Below, piece by piece: positions 10,866-21,354 of a stretch of 64,000 nt of DNA. Source of the stretch: Fistulifera solaris (Eukaryota); assembly GCA_030295235.1 (NCBI GenBank), contig AP026164.1, positions 62,001 through 126,000 on the forward strand. Direction: 5' to 3'. Made by a program: the position numbers and the translations under genes. The notes beneath the pieces are model-generated. The model made no database searches. It had not been told where the DNA came from and saw nothing but the letters and a program-made list of their open reading frames with translations. Position 1 is the first letter of the stretch. Each line of letters starts with the position of its first letter.

Positions 10866-13677
10866 TTATGAAGCACCCAGTTGTGGTATCCATAACAACG
10901 TGTCAATGGTGTCTCTTCCCTGTTCTTTGACCACCCCATAATGCCCACTGAGCAAAAGATCTCCAGATAAAGACAAGTCCACTGGGCTACTCAAGTCCTC
11001 CGACATTCGGCTTCGCTTTCGTTTTCTTCCATCCACTTCAACAGTGGAACTCATGTATGAGAATGAAAGTTGTGTCGCTCCCGAAAGCTTCCCATTGCAT
11101 GCAACGATCACTAGCGAGGATTGACTGCGAGGGGGGATGTCGTACGATCCATTCTCCGCCCCGTGCGTTATCACCATCCCATCTTGTGGGATCTGGACTG
11201 ACAGTTGAATGGACACGTAATAATTATTTGAGCCATTCAATGCCACAAACACGGCACATCCGTCGCAATTAACACAAGCCAGAACAGATTGAGGTGCAAC
11301 GGAATATAATAGCTTGTTTCCGTTCGACAATGCTCGTCTATAGAATCCATCCAAGGCAGGAACGTTCAAATTGATCCTCGGTATTGACTCAATCACGACC
11401 GTTTCGCCACTGTAACAAACTACCCTGAAGGGAAACGTCTGACGTTGCTGTCCGGCAAAGCAGGAGAAGGGAACGCAGCAGTATTGGTAGGAATGTTCCA
11501 AAAACAATTCAATTGTGGTTTGCCGACGGATACCGACAATGGCGCAATCAACGTAAGTCCATTCGTCAGAATCGCAGACTCGTTTGTAGATGAGAAAACA
11601 CGGATCTGTGTACCAGTATCGAGAAGTCGTGTTCGACCGCTTTTTGGGTTGTATAAGAGTTATGTACGCAAGAGTTGATTCGACCGGAGTCAGGTTGAAA
11701 AATTGTTCGGAAGTAGCCAGCGCATGGTTTCTACCGACAAAAATGCCTTCACTGGAAACGTGGTGCCAACCCTGAACGAAAGCAAGGAAAGACTTAAGTG
11801 AACAATGAAAATGAATACTTATCGTCCCCTCGCATCGACTTACTTTTCGTGTTTTAGCTACATCCAGATGGTGAAATCGCTGGCACATATCCTCAAAGGT
11901 CATGAAAAAGTTCCGTCGCCTTTTCGGTACGAATGATCACCGATCTTCTTCCGCAATGCGTGTGTCCATCGATGACTGCTCGCGCTAAAATCTCCTTTCC
12001 ATTCCCGCTTCCCCCAAGGATTTCGAATTCGTACTAATCGAATCGTTTGACGCTTCTCTGGTACCTTGACAGACTTTTGTGAATTCTGCCCAAAGTAATC
12101 GGTGACTTTGGGCTGATCACCAACAATCATATCATCCAATTGGATGACATCGAGAATACTATACGCATGTCCTCCTATAAGGCCATCGCCACCTCGCGCT
12201 GTCGCCACGCCCATTAGAAAGCCCTCACGCTGATAGGTCATCAAAATAGGCCACAAATGATCCGCAGCAAACAGCAAATGCGTCTCCGTAGGAGCACCAG
12301 TCAAATCTTGCAATCCTTCCGCAATGAACCCTCCCGACAACTGAGCATAACACCCGTGCGCTTTCGCGTAAGCCTTTTCCACCAAGGCAGGCCACAATTG
12401 CCATTGGAATGCGGCACAAAAAGCGGGAAATACGAATAGATCTTGCTGAAGCGACAATCCACCTTTTTCCGCCAGCTGTGGCAATGATCGTGTGTTGCGG
12501 GTAGAAATTTTTCCAAAACGACGGGTAAATGCGAGTCTACGATCACCGGAGTCCATTTTCCATCCAAACACAAATTGACTTGATAACACCCTACCTCATT
12601 TAGTTTTCGATGCGGCATGATGTTTTCAATCAAATACGCTTTTTCTGCTACTGTCGCCAATGCAGACAAGAACCAGCAATTGCCAACCGCTCCCTGTCGC
12701 ACTTGACTAGGGTCGAACGCTGACTTGACCATACAGCAGGGTGAATTCGTGGAATTAAACGAATGCCAATGCAACAGCGAATAACGTGTTTGGTATCCTC
12801 CAGCGCGACTACCATCTGGATCCCATTGAAAGAAATTACAGTTGGTGCGTTGCGACGGTGATTTGGAATTCGCTGAAGATGGAGTTGATGGTGTTTTCTT
12901 CGAAGACGGAGTGCTTGGTTGCAGTGGCGCTGGTTGCTTATGATAAGGATTCCTTATGACTTTGTTGTTGGATGGGACTTGTCGTTGTTGTTGTTCCTCC
13001 TCCTTTGGTTGTGTAGATTGTTCTTCGTCTTCTTCTGGTTGTTCGTGCTCTATCGTTGATACAGCACGTGCTCTCCGCTTGCGTACCCCAACACGATTTT
13101 GACCGCACGTGAGATAGAATCGACCGTAATTCGGCCCATCCTTTTGAACGACAGCCGCCGCTGCCGAGAGACCACATCGACAGCAAATTGTCTCAGTATC
13201 GCTCGATGTTCGAGAAGCCAGTCTTCGTCCATCAAGAGAAGTAGAAGTTGGAGGAAAATCTGGATCCACAAAAGATCCTCCCAAGGAAGCGGCAGATTGC
13301 GAACATAGATGCCATTGCTCAGAAAGTATTACTTTGGAGTTTGTAGGAGTACTTGTTTCATCAAATCTCTCGTCTTTCTCCCAAAATAAAGCACGTGGAT
13401 TGCTTTTGCGTGGCTCCGCGACTATTCTCTCCTCGTCAACGTTCTTAACTTGTACATTATCTGTCGTAGAAAGGCAATGCTCAATCGCCTGCTCTAAATT
13501 GCCTTGAAAGCGTTTTACTAAAGCAACGGCACGCCTATGATCCGAATAATTCATAATTGCCGCAAGTTGTGGAGCCTTTTCATTCAATTCATCTTCATGG
13601 CTGTCTTTCGTGCGACAACTTTTCTTTTCGTCTGCGCTGTCGTCGTCAACAATTACAATCATTTGCGGTGATGCCAT
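10866..13677 (-). CDS. Calpain-family (SOL/calpain-15-like) cysteine protease with UBA-like N-terminus and inserted GRF zinc finger
   Basis: Catalytic triad motifs QGAVGNCWFLSAL (Cys), GHAYSIL (His) and IRNPWG (Asn); also FVDPDFPP and LWPALVEKAYAK. GRF-ZF 'CRCG...GPNYGRFYLTC...CNFFQWD'. Apparent frameshifts near 12500 and 11905. Confidence 0.88.
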
Positions 13678-13819
13678 GTTTTGCTGGATGGAGCGTACAT
13701 CAATCCGCGGCGATCTCCTTTACTCCGTATTAGTAAAAGCAACTTCTAGAAAGATGAACACATACATTATGGCAAAGCATTGTTGGGTAAAAAGAAATAC
13801 AGTAATAATGAACGTAAAA

Positions 13820-14230
13820 GGTACCAAGTACAAGAGGTGTGCAGTGTGCAAGCTGCGTCCGTAGTACGTACTACGTACCAGGTAGTACCTTGTACTCACG
13901 GTCGGTACCCGGTACCAGGTACCGTAGCGTACCAACCCGTGTCCAAAACACGACTTCATTTAGTCAAAATTGTTGCGTCATCAGTCATCACAGTTGACAC
14001 ACACACACCTTTAGCCACGACTGGATTTCTGTCATGGGGAGTACCGGGTACCGGGTACCATACTGTACAAGCAAAGGAGTACCTAGTACCTGGTACAGAG
14101 GATACGTTCCTTTGGTACCAGGGAAGGACGTTAAAATTCTGCCTCCCAGTACAAGATTCTACGTAGCGTCTACGACGAGGCAGAATTTTAACGCCGTTCC
14201 CAGGTACAAGTACACCGTACCTAGTACATT
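13820..14230. repeat. GTAC/GGTACC-dense tract containing a 17-bp perfect inverted repeat
   Basis: Numerous GTAC/GGTACC palindromes. cgttaaaattctgcctc (14129-14145) and its reverse complement (14177-14193) flank a 31-bp spacer; imperfect pairing extends to about 14112-14210. Confidence 0.7.
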
Positions 14231-14738
14231 TGATTGACACGTCAGCCAAAGCATACCAAGTGCACCATCAGCGTCTTCTTTCACGTCCCACGTCCGTCCT
14301 TTTTGTCGTTTCTCACCGAGTTATTCTTTGGGGCGACGTGGCCCAAATCATGATGTCATGCTGTCACTGCTAAACGCTGATTGGTCGACGACATGAGGCA
14401 ACGTGGAACGTAGAACGCGGATCTCCAATTCCGAATCCCCAATGGTACTTCTTTCAGATATAGTCGACTAGCAGTGACGGACTCGATCATAGTGCCGCGA
14501 AACCTAGGAGCGTCGCATTCGCAGTCGATGTCAATTGCCACCACATCCTCACATCTTTTCGACAGTGTTGAAAATGTGGTGGATGATTTATCTTGAATGG
14601 AAGCCACACATATTTCCTTTCTTATGAAATGGAACAACTAATCATTTCACAACAACAGCAACAGCAGGCGATTTACATGCGATGTTCTCCTTCTTCTGTC
14701 TCCTCGACTTTCTGCAATAACAGTTTGACCATGAAAAA

Positions 14739-15389
14739 GTGAGTTCTATTCCGACAATCCGTGCAACCAGTGGGAGCAGTCAAATGCATTTCAAAACAAT
14801 GCGTCGTGCACAGAGTTGTCAAAAAATTATCACACAAAAACATACAGTCGATCCAGAGAGCCCTGAAGCTTTAGTTCGTCAGTTAGTGGGCGTCAAACGA
14901 CCTCATCCTACCACCGCATTATTTGTACGAGTTCCCCCGAGTGAGGAACGTTTGCACGCTTTTACGAACGAAAAGGTGGATGCCGTGCGAACCAACAACA
15001 TCGAAACATTGCATCGGATGTATCAACAGGGAGAAAGTCTTGATGCGTGCAGTAAGAACGGAGAAAGTTTGTTGCATTTGGCATGTCGACGTGGGACTAT
15101 AGAAACGGTGCAGTTTTTAGTCCAAGTCGTGCCGACCATCATTCAAGATGAATTGGGACGTACTATTCTGCATGATGTGTGTTGGCGGCCTCATCCTGAT
15201 CCTGCTCTGTTCATGGTAGTCTTTCGTGCGGTGCCACGGTCGTTTCTATTGACACCCGATGCTCGCGGTCATACATGTTTTGATTATTGTCGCAAGTCGG
15301 AATGGCCTTTCTGGAATGCCTATTTGCAAGAACATTTGCCCCGTGAAGGGCACAATGAAAACGAGGATGGACCAGTCGATTCATTTTAA
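14739..15389 (+). CDS. Ankyrin-repeat protein (diatom-type family); true start uncertain
   Basis: 'GESLLHLACRRGTIETVQFLV', 'DELGRTILHDVCW', 'DARGHTCFDY'. Confidence 0.85.
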   Translation: MSSIPTIRATSGSSQMHFKTMRRAQSCQKIITQKHTVDPESPEALVRQLVGVKRPHPTTALFVRVPPSEERLHAFTNEKVDAVRTNNIETLHRMYQQGESLDACSKNGESLLHLACRRGTIETVQFLVQVVPTIIQDELGRTILHDVCWRPHPDPALFMVVFRAVPRSFLLTPDARGHTCFDYCRKSEWPFWNAYLQEHLPREGHNENEDGPVDSF

Positions 15390-15468
15390 AGCTAGTGCTA
15401 TAAGGTTGCTTGCTAACTCAAACGGATAAAAAAATAGAAAACTTTGTTCTTGTCGCTACTCATTTCGT

Positions 15469-17508
15469 TTACTCATAGATCGGATAAAAAGTCCCCATTC
15501 CTGGTTCACAGAATACACCCGGATCATTGTAACGACGATTGCGATTCAATGCATTCAAGGCTTCCATGTCCCAAACCGACAAGTAAAAATCAAAGACAGC
15601 ACGATTCTCCTTCATTCGTTCGACAGTGCATGTCTTACTTAAGGGAAAAGTCCGACGCTGAACCGCCCATCGCAACAAGATTTGCGCTGGCGTCTTACTG
15701 TGCTGTTGAGCAAGTTTCAAGACCACCGGATCTTTCATCAAGACATCTGCTTCCTGGGCCATGTCCAATTCCAGGTACGACGATGCTCCGAAGACAGAAA
15801 ATGCGGTCACATGCAATCCTTGTTCGTGCGCAAATCGGATCAATTTCTCTTGACTGTTGTGCGGATGCAATTCGACTTGGAGTGTACTGGGACGGATGCG
15901 AGCAATCGAACAAATGTGACGCAGCAATTGCGTAGAAAAGTTACAGACACCAATGGAACGACACATTCCGGCATCAACCAGTGCTTCCATATCTTTCCAC
16001 GTTTGACCAATATCATTTGCAATAGGAACCATCTTGCCGTCTAAATTGGTCCATTCAGGTGGATACTTGGCTTCGATCGGTACGAATTCCATCGAAATCG
16101 GAAAATGGATTAAATATTCATCCAAATAATCCAATTGTAGATCCTCCAGTGATTTCTGACACGCCATTTCGACGTGTTGATGGAAGGTATTCCACAACTT
16201 GCTCGTTACAAATAATTCGGAACGCAGCACCAAACCTTCGGCGATCGCGCGCGCGATTCCTTCTCCGACTTGCACTTCATTCCCATAATCGCAAGCACAA
16301 TCCAAACGACGGTATCCAGCACGGATAGCTTGATAACAAACTTCGGCACATTTATCTTCGGGGACTTTCCAAAACCCAAATACCAATGGATCAGCGGGTA
16401 TCAAGGAAGGACTAGCAATTTGATGCTCTGGCGGACCCCATATAGAAGCCAGCACGCGTCGCGGTCCCACGAAAGGATTCCGACTGTGCATGACCAAGGA
16501 ATTGTGCAATGCCATAATATCTCCCTTTTCCATGTATACATGACCCGATGCTGTTCCATAAAAGCCGCAATATCTTCTAGAACAGGATGCGGCATAGGAT
16601 CCATGTTCCCAAAGCGGAGTGCCTCAAATCGGTTGTTGCGAGAATCTTGCCATCCGAGATAGGCCGCCACGAGTGAGTTGGCGAACGCATATTGGAAAAG
16701 AAAGTCGGTAGTGACGAGTCGCAATGCCGGAACCGCTTCGCTGGTGATGCGAACGGACCCATCGTCGAGCCATTGCCATGAACATCCCTCAATTTTCGAC
16801 AACCGCTCTTCGAGTTGTTGAGGTGTCTGAACATTCCATGTATTCTGATAAGAACGTCCGATGGGTGAATTAGGATCATCTTTCGGTGGTAGCGTTCGAA
16901 TGTAACGAGCTCCGTGTGTTTCAAGGTTTGAGATGAATTGAGGATGCTGCTCTTTCGCGTAGCGATAGACAGCCGTACTGTCTATAATAGGCGTCTGACC
17001 TCCTTGACTGGGCGGAATATCGCAATAGAAGAAGATATATCGCGGTGGATTGGGCGTTTGTGCGAGTTCATGATGAAAGGGAATCGGTTGCTCCGGTGGA
17101 CTGAAACGTGCAGGAGGAAAACAAAAAAAATGGAATCAGAAATCGAGGTACACACCACCATAGGAGTCCTCAAAACTAGAAACGACAGACGCACCTTTCA
17201 TTTGCTGTAAAGATAATATCCTTTCCCGCTGTAACAGGAATGACAGTCCTTGGAGCAGCTCCTCCAATATAAGGATAATGTTCGAGTTGTAAGTCGACGA
17301 GAAATGACCCAAAGTCTTCGACCGTCAATGGCTCTTCTCCTTTGTCAGAAGCCGCTGAAATAACTAGTGCTTTATGTTGATTCATCAATGCAACGAAACG
17401 ATCCGGTGTCATATCGACTCGATTCATCGAAAAGGACGGAAACGTATCATCGTTAGAAACCGCTGCTGTTCCTTTTCCGTGAAGGAGGCTTTGTAAGTGC
17501 AACTTCAT
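15469..17508 (-). CDS. Fusion of TauD/clavaminate-synthase-like Fe(II)/2OG dioxygenase and aldo-keto reductase (xylose/aldose reductase-like)
   Basis: Intron 17101-17194 gives 'YIGGAAPRTVI...IFTANE|SPPEQPIPFHHELAQ...YIFFYC'. Distal His in 'GDIMALHNSLVMHSRNPF..PRRVLASI' continues in one ORF into AKR motifs 'FGFWKV...GYRRLDCACDYGNE', 'VTSKLW', 'YLIHFP', 'IGVCNF' and 'QVELHP'. Confidence 0.88.
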
Positions 17509-18224
17509 TGCGATTGATCTAGAATTATGAGAGCAGGGCGCGACAGCTTGAAACAGAGCGACAGAAAGAGAATAAGAAAAGGATAAGATGTGGGACGACT
17601 TGTGGCCTTGTGGGTTTGGAAATGTTGTTGTTGTTGTTGTTTTTGTCGTTGTCGTCGTGTGCGGGTTCGGGTTCAGGAGTTCACGGCGAGTGTCACATTA
17701 ATAACGGTAAATAACGTCATGTACTGGTATGGTACATGGTACTCTACACAAGAAGTTGTGTGGGTGGTACGAAACCACGACTGCCGCTCAGTCATGAATC
17801 ATATAATTTTGAACATGACTCCGAAGTCCGAAGTCACCATCTTTCATTCATCCTGCACTCTGTAAGAAGCTCAATCCATTTGCTACATACAATATTTATC
17901 GTTTAGGACCATTTTCTGTCTTAGGATAGAATTTGTAGGACGATAATCCCTGTGGTTCGTTAGTCTCCCTATTTAGTATAGACCCAAAGTGTTGACGGTA
18001 TTTCGCCACGATTGAGTTTAAGTCATGAAGCTGCTGTCATCAAATTTTTAGGCACCGCACAACGCACAATACTTACCGCACAAAACTGAGTCACACCACC
18101 AAGAACTGACAACAATGAGAACAACACAGTGAAAAAACCCGATGAGAACAAATAATAGGCTTCAAGATTTGTTTAATGTATTTTTATCCTTTCCAATAAC
18201 AAAATCCTTCAACTTTTCTTAAAG

Positions 18225-18920
18225 ATGATTCTCTCATTCCGATTTATCACTATGCTTGGTGCTCTTATGGTCGGCACACATCAAGCGACCGCATATCAAG
18301 CAATGATGGCAGTTCCTTCCACTTCTTTCTATCTTAGAAGCACATCATTGCACATGAAACGCGGTCGGGGTAGTTTAGGACGTGAAGTTTCTGGGAACAA
18401 TTTATCGAACTCCGCTAAAAACAACAAAGGAATGGGGAGTAAAGATTCCGGCTTTGCTTCTTCGAATAACAGTAACAATATACCTTCTCGATGGTGCACG
18501 GTACCCAAAGGACAAACACTACCGACAGAAGACAATAAAGTCACTTTATTGAATACCAACCTTCCGACATTGATTGATAAGGGCATTAATCCGACAGGTG
18601 CCGTCAGTGTCTTGAAATACAACAACGACATGTACTGCTTCAGTGTCAATTGTCCTTGTTGCAAAATTCCTCTCACCAAAGCTACTGCCCGAGACAAGGA
18701 TGTTTTGGAATGCAATTTCTGCAAATCCACCTACAGTTTAACCACCGGACAGCGATTGGAAACAAGTAAGAATAACAAGGGACTCTTTGGTGGTATTGTG
18801 CAGTCGGTATTGAGCAGCAGTCCCGACAACCAAGGTCCTTTGCAGTTGTATCAGCTGGGAGAAGATGCCAATGGAAAGTTGCTCATTGACCCAACACCCG
18901 GGTCGGGGGCCAGTAAGTAA
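18225..18920 (+). CDS. Rieske-ferredoxin-fold protein, probably plastid-targeted, with all-Cys ligand pattern
   Basis: 'YCFSVNCPCCKIPL...VLECNFCKSTYSLTTG' matches the Rieske CxH...CxxH..F.L.TG spacing. Signal peptide ending 'ATA-Y' plus a transit-like region. Confidence 0.65.
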   Translation: MILSFRFITMLGALMVGTHQATAYQAMMAVPSTSFYLRSTSLHMKRGRGSLGREVSGNNLSNSAKNNKGMGSKDSGFASSNNSNNIPSRWCTVPKGQTLPTEDNKVTLLNTNLPTLIDKGINPTGAVSVLKYNNDMYCFSVNCPCCKIPLTKATARDKDVLECNFCKSTYSLTTGQRLETSKNNKGLFGGIVQSVLSSSPDNQGPLQLYQLGEDANGKLLIDPTPGSGASK

Positions 18921-19021
18921 CTCAGCGTAGTAAGGGCCGTAGTTAACTAGATTAACGTGAAAAAGATATTCATGAAGCTTACTGACGTAAATCTTTGTAT
19001 ACGGAGTACCTTCTAGATTTT

Positions 19022-19606
19022 TTAAATTGACTCGGCAGAAGTATTAGGTTTGACCGAAGACGCATCCACAGGACTCAACAAGGTCGAGATCCAGTTTCCT
19101 AAGGACAAACCCGTTTCTTTCGGTTTTCCCTTGACGGCAACTTCTACTGGATCATCCGGATAGACTTTCAAGTTAAAACCAAATTCAAATTCGGCTTCAA
19201 AGCCGCGCAATTTGGGATACGTACGCACAATCGCGGCTTTCAAATCATTTTCATTCGCATAGATAGCATCCGATACTTGACTGCCTCGTGGCACCGCAAT
19301 CGCACCACAGGGCAACCATGCTTTATCGTCGGAACCGAATTGACGGACAAAAATGGAATATTCTTGCCCCGTCTTGGCCAATTCGTCGTAACGTTGACGT
19401 TCGGCTTCGCGTTTAATTTGTCCTTCTGACTTGACTTTCGGTGCGGGCTTTTCTCCAAAGCCTTTACTTTGTGCGAGTGCTGTAGTAGTAAGAGTGACAG
19501 GAGCGGATGGCGTGATGACAAAGGCCGTTGTTGTGGTGCTTGACAAAAGAGCGCATGCGGCTGCCGAGAGAAAGAGAAATGAATGGGGTTGTTTCCAAAG
19601 ATTCAT
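19022..19606 (-). CDS. HHL1-like plastid protein
   Basis: Bipartite targeting (…TTTA-FVIT). Core 'YSIFVR...WLPCGAIAVPRGSQVSDAIYANENDLKAAIVRTYPKL...FEFGFNLKVYPDDPV' resembles cyanobacterial/algal HHL1-like proteins (recalled, not searched). Confidence 0.6.
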   Translation of the reverse strand: MNLWKQPHSFLFLSAAACALLSSTTTTAFVITPSAPVTLTTTALAQSKGFGEKPAPKVKSEGQIKREAERQRYDELAKTGQEYSIFVRQFGSDDKAWLPCGAIAVPRGSQVSDAIYANENDLKAAIVRTYPKLRGFEAEFEFGFNLKVYPDDPVEVAVKGKPKETGLSLGNWISTLLSPVDASSVKPNTSAESI

Positions 19607-19818
19607 TTCGACAAAAGAGTAGGTTTCAGGACGAACAGTGAAGTAATGCTTATGTGATTAACAGGAGAAGTAACGCAAACGATTTATACTTTCATCCGCA
19701 AAACATCGTCAGCAGAGCATCCAAAACAAGATCATCATCATCATCACAAAAAGGCGCACCATACAAGTACATAGACATCATTCTCACGTTTTCGGTGTTT
19801 TTGCCGCAATGATGCAGC

Positions 19819-20080
19819 GGACACGTCATGCCGTCCAGCGACATCAATGCTACTGACAAAGCGATATTCCTCTCTTACTATGGTGCATATAGAAAGCAAC
19901 CTTTTAGGACGACTCAAATATTTTTCAGTCCCAGAAGTGGACACGTCATGCCGTCCTCGGTATGTGAATGCGCTGGAGCGACATCAATCCTACTGACAAA
20001 GCGATATTCCTCTCCTACTATGGGGCATATAGAAAGCAACCTTTTAGGACGACTCAAATGGTTTTCAGTCCCGGAAGTGG
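19819..20080. repeat. Tandem duplication of ~120 bp, second copy with a 20-bp insertion, between divergent genes
   Basis: Copy 1 is 19819-19938 and copy 2 is 19939-20080. They share ggacacgtcatgccgtcc and agcgacatcaat...ctactgacaaagcgatattcctctc...gaaagcaaccttttaggacgactcaaat...gaagtgg. Confidence 0.9.
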
Positions 20081-20222
20081 TCGAAGGCATTTTTATTTTT
20101 GCGATGCTGCATGCTGCATTGCATTATTTTGCTGCATGTCTCTTTTACGATTGTTGCATGCTTCTATTAACGTTCCTTCATCTTCTGCGTTTTCCTTTCT
20201 CATTACAATTCTTTGATTAAGA

Positions 20223-21275
20223 ATGGCTTACTACGGAAATCCTCAATATTCGAGCAATGCTGGCGATGGCAACCACTTTTACGCTCAATCAGCTTACAAC
20301 AATAGTACGACTTCTCAACAACAACAACATCCCGCTTACAATTCATCCAGCTGGCAACCGCAAGCGACACAGCAACAGCAATCGACATATCCTTCGCAAC
20401 CCATCGGTCCTTCTATCTTTAATCCATCTGTAGCGGGAGCTTTTGGTAATCAAGCCGTACAAAAAATGATGATGGATCAAGGACAAGCTTTTGTACTCGA
20501 AGGCATGGCCAAGATTGTGCCTGGTTTAGAAGTATCCATGATCACTTTGAGAGCTTATTTTGCAGTCGATAATCAGTATGTTCTCAAAAGATCAAGAAGG
20601 TTCTTTTTCCTTTTTTGTCGAGAACATGGAGTCGACAAGTAAGTTGTTGCCTTGCTTCGCTTGAGCACGAATTTATGATTGTGTGCCTCACGCTCACGTC
20701 CTTGCTTTCTCTCTTTCCTTCAACAACCTCGCAACAAACAGATCAAGCAATATGCTGGGCCGGATACACCGCCACTGTACGAATTACCCACTATGGATGA
20801 GAATGCTCCCGATTTGTATTTGCCCTCCATGACATTGATTACTTACGTTCTGTTGTGTGCTATTTGTTACGGTGGTGCCGGTCAATTCAGTCCCGAAGTC
20901 ATTCCGGATGTCACTACCAAATGCTTTCTTACGCAAACACTCGAAGTACTGGCCATTCGTGTCGGATTCTATATGATGCAAGCTCCGGTGGCATTCTTGG
21001 ATCTGTTCTCGTACACGGGCTACAAGTACTTGGGTTTGTGTGTCAATTTACTGGTGGGGATGATGGCCAGTCAGTTGGAATACGGTACTAAAGCGTATTA
21101 TGTCAGCTTTTGCTGGACGGCTACGGCAGCCGCGTACTTCATGCTCAAGACGATGGCCAACAATATTCCACTCGAAACGAGTAGTTCGGGGCCCAAACGT
21201 GAACTGGTCGTTGTCGTTATTGCAGCAGCACAGCTTGCGACTATTTGGTTTGTCGGTCAAACAAAGTTCTTATAA
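20223..21275 (+). CDS. YIF1: YIF1 ER-Golgi transport membrane protein
   Basis: 'YFAVDNQYVLK', 'DENAPDLYLPSMTLITYVLL', 'LDLFSYTGYKYLG' and several TM helices. Intron 20639-20741. Confidence 0.9.
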
Positions 21276-21354
21276 CCTAAGTAATAGCAATTATTTTAGT
21301 AGCTTAGTTGTATTGCACTCGAAGAGCGTATCTCTCTCTAGCTCGTGTAACTCG

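Noticed and set aside
6499..13677. Cystatin and calpain as an inhibitor-protease pair
   Set aside because: The cystatin is secreted and the calpain is intracellular, with two unrelated genes between them; proximity is probably coincidental.
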